A DNA stretch of 64,000 bases, from assembly GCA_964636085.1 (NCBI GenBank), contig CAZWPQ010000004.1, positions 979 through 64,978 of the forward strand, written 5' to 3'. Position numbers and translations under genes: made by a program. This DNA is from an uncultured Nitrososphaerota archaeon. Lineage in GTDB: Archaea > Asgardarchaeota > Njordarchaeia > Njordarchaeales > Panguiarchaeaceae. Positions 57,317 to 64,000 of this stretch are shown here, piece by piece. The notes beneath the pieces were generated by a model, which worked only from the letters and a program-made list of their open reading frames with translations, was not told the origin of the DNA and did no database searches. The number at the start of each line of letters is the position of its first letter. Position 1 is the first letter of the stretch.

Positions 57317-58690
57317 TCATCCACCAACATGCATATTTTTAACTAGAATCCTAACACCAGCTACACCAACGGGTACTAGCTGACCAGCTTTTCCACAAAA
57401 TCCTGCAGAAATTTCAGGTCTTTCATATTCTCTTCCAACAGCTATAATGTTTCTTAGTACTACCAAAATATTTCCTGAAATACTAGTACTAGCAAGCAGT
57501 TCTTTTATCTCTCCATTCTCAACACGGTAAACCTCTTGAACACCAAAAGTAAATACTCCAGCTATTGGATTTACCTGGCCACCTCTACCAAACTTGAGTA
57601 GTAACCCATTTTTAAGTTCCCGAATAAGCTCCTCATTAGACATTGCTAGATCATCTCTAGCAGGCTCTATATAGGTATTTGTCATCCTAACCACTACTGG
57701 GTTCATCCAATTTTGAGCCCTACCATTTCCAGTCAATGAGAAACCAAACTCATAAGCGGTCTCCCTATTAGTCATGAACCCCTGAAATATTCCCTCTCTT
57801 ACAAGATATGTTTTCTCTCCACCTATACCTTCATCATCATAGGGCAACCAACCAAAACCCTTAACACCGTCAAGCTCAAACTTTTTATGATCAACAATAT
57901 TAACAATAGAATTACCAACACGTTTTCCTATTTTACCCTTAAGAATTGTTCTTTCTCTTAAGCTATCAGCTTCTGATGCATGACCAAAAGCCTCGTGAGC
58001 CAAAAGATGATTCAGGTCGCCATCCACGATGACATTATATTTTCCTGGTTTGACAGATTTTGCTTGAGCCAGATTCTTGACTTTATTAGCAGCATCATTA
58101 AAAACATTCCTAATATCTTCAGTATCTATGAGCTCCCAACCGCCAATAATACCCCAAGCTCTTCTAATGCTAGCCATTCTACCATTATGCGTGTGGCTAG
58201 CCATAACACGAACATACGCATATGGAATAACAAAGCGTATATTTATTCCCTCAGAAGTCATTATGTGCTTCTCGACAATACGCTCCTCGTAATATATGCT
58301 TCTACTAGTAACATTATTGCTTTCAAAGATTTTATCTATTTCTCTCAGAAAATTCAATTTCGTTTCAATATCAGTATCACTGAGAGGTCTCTTAGCTCTA
58401 ATTATTACTTCATCATTTTTTGGCTTTACAGGCAATAAATCTATTTTCTTGGCCAGTTTTGACCTCAAGTTAAATTTTATCTCAGAAAGCTTGGGTTTTT
58501 GTCCAGCAAGAGAAACAAATGAGATAAAACCATCACTCACGACACGAACTGCATAACCCGCTGAACTAGTATTATATAGTTTTTCAAGTTTTCCATTCTT
58601 AAATTCCACAACGAGAGAATTCTCTCGTTCAAAGCGTACATCAAACTTCCTATACCTCGATTCAAAAAACGAGAAAACTTCGTCAATCAA
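57317..58690 (-). CDS. tldD: TldD-family zinc metalloprotease
   Basis: 457 aa. 'LLAHEAFGHASEAD' is the HExxxH...E TldD active site, and the Gly-rich C-terminus 'FCGKAGQ' is present. Confidence 0.85.
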   Translation of the reverse strand: MIDEVFSFFESRYRKFDVRFERENSLVVEFKNGKLEKLYNTSSAGYAVRVVSDGFISFVSLAGQKPKLSEIKFNLRSKLAKKIDLLPVKPKNDEVIIRAKRPLSDTDIETKLNFLREIDKIFESNNVTSRSIYYEERIVEKHIMTSEGINIRFVIPYAYVRVMASHTHNGRMASIRRAWGIIGGWELIDTEDIRNVFNDAANKVKNLAQAKSVKPGKYNVIVDGDLNHLLAHEAFGHASEADSLRERTILKGKIGKRVGNSIVNIVDHKKFELDGVKGFGWLPYDDEGIGGEKTYLVREGIFQGFMTNRETAYEFGFSLTGNGRAQNWMNPVVVRMTNTYIEPARDDLAMSNEELIRELKNGLLLKFGRGGQVNPIAGVFTFGVQEVYRVENGEIKELLASTSISGNILVVLRNIIAVGREYERPEISAGFCGKAGQLVPVGVAGVRILVKNMHVGG

Positions 58691-58835
58691 TCCATATCAC
58701 CAAAAAAATAGATATATTCAATATTTTTAATTTCATCGCTACAATTATACCCATGATCTACTCTGGGGGTTTGCGTGGCTTGGGTAGTGGCTATAGGATA
58801 AATTTATGCCAGTATTATCACCACAATATGTTTGG

Positions 58836-58844
58836 TTATAAATA
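58836..58844 (+). promoter_or_regulatory. TATA-like box for the GTPase gene
   Basis: 'ttataaata' lies about 35 nt upstream of the ATG at 58875. An SD-like 'ggtgaag' lies at 58865..58871. Confidence 0.35.
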
Positions 58845-58874
58845 CACCAAATGTTATCCTATTGGTGAAGATTT

Positions 58875-59735
58875 ATGGTTAACATTGTCTTTGTTGGACT
58901 TGATAACGCAGGTAAAACCTCCATAAAACTGTTCCTACAGCATTTAAATAGGGAAAAAGCATTAAAGACTCGAGCATCCACAAATATAGAGAGATTCAAT
59001 AGAGCTGGTCTTTCCCTCGCGGTTATACCTGGGCAAAAAATCTACAGGGAGGACGAGAAATTCTACAGGATACTGTTCCCATCGGCTGATAGGGTTGTCC
59101 TTGTAGTTGATGCTTCAAGACCAGACAGATTTAGTGAGGTTAAAGAGTACTATAGGTTCGTCAAAAAAATGATAAAGAAGTATGCTCTCAAGAAGCCAAA
59201 GATCATTCTTTTAGCACATAAACAAGACTTGCGTAACTCCGTCGATGGGGAAACTGTTAAGAAGTCAGTTGCTGGTGCAAGATCAAATGTTCTTGTTTTG
59301 GAGACAAGCGTTAGGGATATGATGAGCATGATCATACTTCTCAAGAGCCTATATGGGAGACTCAAAGGAAATGCAATAGATTTTGTTACCCAAGCACTAC
59401 AGGAGAGATTGTCTGCTGAAGGAATAGCACTACTTGATTCCCAGAGATTGCCCCTTTCCATGGCTGGGAACAAAGAATTATTGGATAGAATCCTCAACAC
59501 ATATTTCAGCACCGTAGTTAGGGATGATAACTTCAAGTACGGTATTATCTGCACCAATGGCACAAAGGCCGCCCTTGTATGCGAAAAAGCCGATGATTAC
59601 TCAATCTTTGTTCTGGCAACAAACTACCATGCTGGGGTCGAGGAGGCACTATCGATAATTAGGGAAGCAGCAAGGTGTTATGCCAAGGAGTTCATAAAGA
59701 GGTGGGGCACCGAAGAGAACCCATGGAATTTCTAG
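58875..59735 (+). CDS. Arf/Sar-like small GTPase fused to a C-terminal roadblock/LC7-like domain
   Basis: 286 aa. G1 is 'VGLDNAGKTS' (Sar1/Arf-type P-loop), G3 is 'VIPGQ' and G4 is 'HKQD'. The last ~115 aa ('LSAEGIALLDSQRLPLSMAG...YGIICTNGTKAALVCEKADDYSIFVLATNY') have a roadblock-like alpha-beta pattern. Confidence 0.7.
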   Translation: MVNIVFVGLDNAGKTSIKLFLQHLNREKALKTRASTNIERFNRAGLSLAVIPGQKIYREDEKFYRILFPSADRVVLVVDASRPDRFSEVKEYYRFVKKMIKKYALKKPKIILLAHKQDLRNSVDGETVKKSVAGARSNVLVLETSVRDMMSMIILLKSLYGRLKGNAIDFVTQALQERLSAEGIALLDSQRLPLSMAGNKELLDRILNTYFSTVVRDDNFKYGIICTNGTKAALVCEKADDYSIFVLATNYHAGVEEALSIIREAARCYAKEFIKRWGTEENPWNF

Positions 59736-59924
59736 ATTTGCTTCCCACCAAAATCATTTCTTTTTTCAAATTTCCCTAAGTCACTCTATTGGAGTTCGAA
59801 ATTCTCCAATTAATCTTCATGAGAGGAAACAATATTATAGAAAATAAAGGAGGATTCATATTATTCAGTTTTAAGCCTAATATTAGGATGAGGAATAAAA
59901 GCAACACGGAATGCTACCTAGAGC

Positions 59925-61133
59925 ATGATTGGGATGATGATTTGTGTAAGAGGAGAGAGGCTTAGGCACTACTTCAGGATACAGAGGGACATTTGGTTCA
60001 GTTTGAGCTTTAGTACATTGGATATTTTTGCTGGCACCATATCAGCATTGTTTCTAATGCTTCTCGTGGAGAATACTCCATGGATACTGAGTATCTACCC
60101 AATACTGTTGTCCGTAAGAGGTGCTGGAAATGGTATCTTTACGGGCGTCCTCACAACATCATTACACATTGGAACGATAGAACCCAGAATTCGTGGAAAT
60201 ACTCATCACTACTATGCACTGGTCTCCGCCATATTTGTGATATCCACGATAAACTCTAGCATAGCCACAATCATTGTGGGCATTTATTTTGGAAAAGGAT
60301 TCATAATGCTGATTATTTTCTATGTCATGGTTCTATCTATGATACTTACTGTCTCTTTCTCCATCATAACGACAAGTCTTGTTAGTTTTTTAGCCTTTAA
60401 ACATGGTCTTGACCCGGATAGTGTGGTTTACCCCATTATGGCCACACTAAATGATGTAATGTTGTCTGTTTTCCTATTAATCTCTATACTCGTTATCCAG
60501 CCTTGGAATTTTTTGAATGCAATGATGGCGGGGAGTACTATTTCCCTTTTTATACTATTCACAGTCCTACGAGTTGGTTCTAAGTATTTCCAGAACGAAT
60601 TTTTTAGAAAGACCATAAAAGAGGGAATGATAGGCATTATATATGTTATAGCAATCTCCAGCATATCTGGGATAATTTTATCATTATCCTATAAGAGTCT
60701 CCACCAGAATATACACTATGTAATTATCCTCCCCTCACTAATGACAATGTCTGGCAGTGTGGGATCTATACTAATGTCAAAATTCACAACGAAACTCAAT
60801 ATTGGAGAAATAGACCTGCATTCTCCCATATCCGTATTTAATTTTCTGGGTTTCTCTTTCCTTGTGATAATCCCTCCATTTACGACACTACTCTTGGTCA
60901 GTGCAACATTCACAGAGATCTTGGCCCCAATAGGATTAACTTCATTTCTAAGATTCGCTACTAGGGCGATCCTAATTGGCTACCTAACAATGCTCATAGC
61001 AATACCACTCATTCTTCTTATTTCATTTGAAACCTTCAAATATGGCCTTAACCCGGACAATTTCTCCATACCAATAGTAACATCAACAGCAGACTTCCTA
61101 ACAATCCTCCTTATCTACCTGTCCCTAACATGA
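59925..61133 (+). CDS. Divalent-cation transporter with two tandem MgtE-type TM modules (SLC41-like)
   Basis: 402 aa. It has duplicated motifs 'PILLSVRGAGNGIF...' and 'PSLMTMSGSVGSIL...', and 'GLDPDSVVYPIMATLNDV' and 'GLNPDNFSIPIVTSTADF'. There is no N-terminal cytosolic/CBS region. Confidence 0.65.
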   Translation: MIGMMICVRGERLRHYFRIQRDIWFSLSFSTLDIFAGTISALFLMLLVENTPWILSIYPILLSVRGAGNGIFTGVLTTSLHIGTIEPRIRGNTHHYYALVSAIFVISTINSSIATIIVGIYFGKGFIMLIIFYVMVLSMILTVSFSIITTSLVSFLAFKHGLDPDSVVYPIMATLNDVMLSVFLLISILVIQPWNFLNAMMAGSTISLFILFTVLRVGSKYFQNEFFRKTIKEGMIGIIYVIAISSISGIILSLSYKSLHQNIHYVIILPSLMTMSGSVGSILMSKFTTKLNIGEIDLHSPISVFNFLGFSFLVIIPPFTTLLLVSATFTEILAPIGLTSFLRFATRAILIGYLTMLIAIPLILLISFETFKYGLNPDNFSIPIVTSTADFLTILLIYLSLT

Positions 61134-61250
61134 GAACTTCCAAAACCGCTAGCCCTTATAAGGACACTGCTACCCCCTAGTGATTGGAAGGACCTATATT
61201 ACCAATAGTTATAAATCTAATGGATAAATTATTGTTCATAATGATGTGCC

Positions 61251-62654
61251 ATGGATAACGTCGCATATATAAGGAAAAGGGAACTGGAACTGGAGATAGA
61301 GTGCATGGGGTCAGAATCTAAGGAAATTTTAGCGATGTCGGGCATGCCATTCACAGTATATGACGAACAAAGGGGGGCATATCGAGCACTTCCATGTGTG
61401 TATTGGACACTAAAGGATAGGCTATCAAAGTATGGATTTAAAGTTAAAAGCGAACTAAATGAGGACATGAAGCTGGATGTTACGATCAAGGGAAAAATTG
61501 GGCTCCGCCCGTACCAAAAGGAGGCCCTGGATATTCTATCTAAAAAGAAGTTTCGTGGGGTCGTTGTTTTACCCACTGGTGCAGGAAAATCCATTATCGG
61601 CATACAGGCTATTGGTTTATTAAGAGAAAAAACACTGGTCGTAGTACCAACACTTGAACTAATGGAACAATGGAGAATAAAAATAACTAGGGTCTTGGGG
61701 ATCCATGGAGATACCATTGGTATGTGGGGAGGAGGAAAAAGAGAATTGAGGAATATCACGATAACCACTTATCAGAGCGCCTGCAGAAGGGATTTCTTGA
61801 AAAGAGCTATGGATTCATTTAATCTCATCATCTTCGATGAAGCACATCACCTCCCAGCAGCAACATATATAGAGATTGCGAAAAGACTCATTGCAAAACA
61901 CAGGATTGGACTAACCGCGACACCAGAAAGGCTGGATAGGAGAGATCGCCTATTCCCAATTTTCGTGGGGGATATAATACGATGCGTAGGGATAAGGGAG
62001 TTGATACGAAAAGGATACCTATCTGGTTATGATTATGAGAAGATAGAGGTATTTATGAGTAAGGAAGAGAGGGAAAAATATTTGGAGCTAATGAAGGTAT
62101 ACAGGGAGTACATTAAGGAGAATTTCCCCAAATTGTCGGGAAGAAAAGCATTCGAGAAAGTGATACGTAGAGCATGGCTAGACAGAAGGGCCAAGATAGC
62201 TCTGGAATGCCGGATGAAGGCAAAGAGTATAGCTATGGCTCCCTTCGCAAAGATATCTGCGCTGAATGATATATTACATAGACATCGTAATGATAAAGTC
62301 ATAATATTTACAAGGTTGCGTAGAACCGCCCATCTCATCGGATATACTTTTGGGATACCCGTAATTACTTCTGAGACCCCCAAGACCGTAAGAAGAGAAA
62401 TTTTCTCTATGTTTAGAACGGGAAAAATTACCAAAATTGTAAGTGCAGAAGCACTCGATGAGGGGATAGATGTTCCCGATGCTTCCGTTGGTATAATTGT
62501 GAGTGGAACATCCTCCGAGAGACAATACATACAAAGGGTTGGGAGAGTATTGCGGCCCAAAGAAAGGAAAGCTAAGATATATGAACTGGTTACTGCTAGG
62601 AGTTTTGATGTCTTCCTATCAAAGGCAAGGAAGGGGCTTGTCAGAAGGGATTAG
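61251..62654 (+). CDS. xpb: XPB/Rad25-type SF2 DNA helicase
   Basis: 467 aa with 'LRPYQKEAL', motif I 'LPTGAGKS', II 'FDEAHHL', III 'GLTATPER' and VI 'QRVGRVLR'. It is followed by a Bax1-like gene. Confidence 0.85.
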   Translation: MDNVAYIRKRELELEIECMGSESKEILAMSGMPFTVYDEQRGAYRALPCVYWTLKDRLSKYGFKVKSELNEDMKLDVTIKGKIGLRPYQKEALDILSKKKFRGVVVLPTGAGKSIIGIQAIGLLREKTLVVVPTLELMEQWRIKITRVLGIHGDTIGMWGGGKRELRNITITTYQSACRRDFLKRAMDSFNLIIFDEAHHLPAATYIEIAKRLIAKHRIGLTATPERLDRRDRLFPIFVGDIIRCVGIRELIRKGYLSGYDYEKIEVFMSKEEREKYLELMKVYREYIKENFPKLSGRKAFEKVIRRAWLDRRAKIALECRMKAKSIAMAPFAKISALNDILHRHRNDKVIIFTRLRRTAHLIGYTFGIPVITSETPKTVRREIFSMFRTGKITKIVSAEALDEGIDVPDASVGIIVSGTSSERQYIQRVGRVLRPKERKAKIYELVTARSFDVFLSKARKGLVRRD

Positions 62655-62656
62655 GG

Positions 62657-63922
62657 TTGATACCCCTCAATGCCTATCCCGCGTATAGATTCGGTGGACG
62701 ACTAAGACTTAGATTCATAACACATGATCTTAGACCCCAGCTTAGAGAAATCATAATGCAGTTTGAGAAAAAACGTGGAGACCTTGTGACTAGAGATGAG
62801 CTTATCGAAACTATAAAGAGTATTATGAGAGACGAGAATGATCTCCGTAGAATAAATCTCGTATATCACGCATTAAGGGTCTTCTATGAGCTAAAAGAGG
62901 AAAAAGTCCCCATACGTATGAAGAATGGACGCATATTAAGGGAAGAATGGGAACTCAGAAAAATGTTCTATCTCTGGGTTCAAAGAGAGTTTGGAGGCTT
63001 CATACCAATGCAATTCAGAGAAAAAACAATTATGATGTTCTGTAGTGAATATGGAGTAGAACCCGATATACTAGAGAGAATCCTTGCTGGGAGCATTCTG
63101 AGGGGCCACAAGCTAGCCCGAGTAACACATAGTATTCCCGCACCTGTAGATATAATAGATGTCGCATCATTCTTGCTTATTGAGAAGACCCTATGCATAT
63201 CCGATAGTGCTGAGGTGGTTTTCTTCGACGTGGAGAGAAAGGGCACATTTATCAAAGACCTGCTCTTCAGATCCAAAAGGTTTGGATTAATCCTAGATTT
63301 TCAGTTTAGGAACAACAATCTAACTTGTAGACTCTCGGGCCCATTCCAAATATTTAAGCATCCATCCCCAATCTATGGCGAGGGCATAAGCAATGCGCTT
63401 ATCGGTAGTTTATGCAGGCATAAGAATTGGAGTTTGAAAGCAATAGTAAGATACCACAAAAAGAGATATGTGTTCGAGATAGATAGTAATAATACTTACA
63501 TGAGATCCATGAAGCCCACGTGGGTCATTAGGGGGTATAGAAAAGAGCCCCCATTGTTTGATAGTTCGTTGGAGAGGCGGCTTTATAGCCTATTGGCTAG
63601 ATTGTTTAAAGAGTGTGAGGTTTTAAGAGAAAGTGACATAGTAGAGTCTCCGGATGGGAGACTATTTATCCCTGATTTCACAGTAAGAAAAGGAAACAAA
63701 AGTGTCTACATAGAGCTCGTTGGGTTTTGGACCGAAAAATATGCGAAGAAGAAAAAGGAGAAACTGGACTCCATCTATTATGGGGGAATTAGGAACCTAA
63801 TAGCAATCGTGGATAATAAGTTGGCAAAATATTTTAGGGATGCTCCATATAGAACCATATTCTACGATAAGATGTTTACCAACGTAAGGGCACTAAGAAA
63901 TTACGTATACGAGTTCCTATGA
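62657..63922 (+). CDS. bax1: Bax1 (DUF790) endonuclease, XPB partner
   Basis: 421 aa with a TTG start 2 nt after the XPB stop. The C-terminal PD-(D/E)xK-like 'LFIPDFTV...VYIELVGFWTEKYAKKKKEKL' is typical of DUF790. Confidence 0.75.
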   Translation: MIPLNAYPAYRFGGRLRLRFITHDLRPQLREIIMQFEKKRGDLVTRDELIETIKSIMRDENDLRRINLVYHALRVFYELKEEKVPIRMKNGRILREEWELRKMFYLWVQREFGGFIPMQFREKTIMMFCSEYGVEPDILERILAGSILRGHKLARVTHSIPAPVDIIDVASFLLIEKTLCISDSAEVVFFDVERKGTFIKDLLFRSKRFGLILDFQFRNNNLTCRLSGPFQIFKHPSPIYGEGISNALIGSLCRHKNWSLKAIVRYHKKRYVFEIDSNNTYMRSMKPTWVIRGYRKEPPLFDSSLERRLYSLLARLFKECEVLRESDIVESPDGRLFIPDFTVRKGNKSVYIELVGFWTEKYAKKKKEKLDSIYYGGIRNLIAIVDNKLAKYFRDAPYRTIFYDKMFTNVRALRNYVYEFL

Positions 63923-64000
63923 TACACATGCAAACCAGTCGATGGCCGAATATGCTGAGGACGATGTGATTTATATAAAAACAATAGTCTATTATTTCTA

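Overview
AT-rich, gene-dense chromosomal segment with about 60 credible ORFs, roughly three quarters on the minus strand. It looks archaeal, most plausibly a thermophilic crenarchaeon or other TACK lineage. The supporting evidence is a HerA-NurA pair, an XPB-Bax1 pair, two COG1672/DUF234 'archaeal ATPases', a stand-alone Lrp/AsnC RAM-domain protein, and TATA-like boxes about 25 nt upstream of start codons. I recognised no rRNA, tRNA, CRISPR array, transposase or integrase. Contents from left to right follow. (1) 0-9 kb is a toxin-antitoxin-rich stretch: UPF0175/PIN, two RelBE-like loci, one VapBC-like locus and a wHTH-nucleotidyltransferase fusion. Three of its four toxin genes are broken. (2) Small enzymes and membrane proteins, including a frameshifted DUF1893 gene. 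(3) One long co-directional block holds a 3-gene group-4 [NiFe]-hydrogenase core, an MFS permease, a WD40 protein, a 149-aa unknown, a C2H2/TPR-like protein and a PAP2 phosphatase. (4) dcd, an 822-aa helical-repeat protein, a membrane-anchored S8 subtilase, a ROK kinase, a P-type ATPase, and an HD-MFS-HAD-MFS set. (5) A retropepsin-like protease and two archaeal ATPases flanking a zinc-ribbon gene. (6) AlaX, a galactokinase-family kinase, a 1384-aa beta-helix surface protein, and TPR, RAM-domain and GNAT proteins. (7) 48.5-55.6 kb holds a 429-aa orphan, a DUF457-EVE pair, an HExxH (ImmA-like) protein, a CPBP protease and a stand-alone HerA-NurA pair. (8) TldD/PmbA, an Arf/Sar-like GTPase fused to a roadblock-like domain, a tandem-MgtE transporter, and XPB-Bax1. 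The candidates I consider most worth follow-up are the truncated hydrogenase module, the GTPase-roadblock fusion, the WD40/TPR operon, the fused AbiEi/AbiEii-like protein and the 48.5-55.6 kb cluster. All family assignments rest on motifs read by eye, not on database searches.
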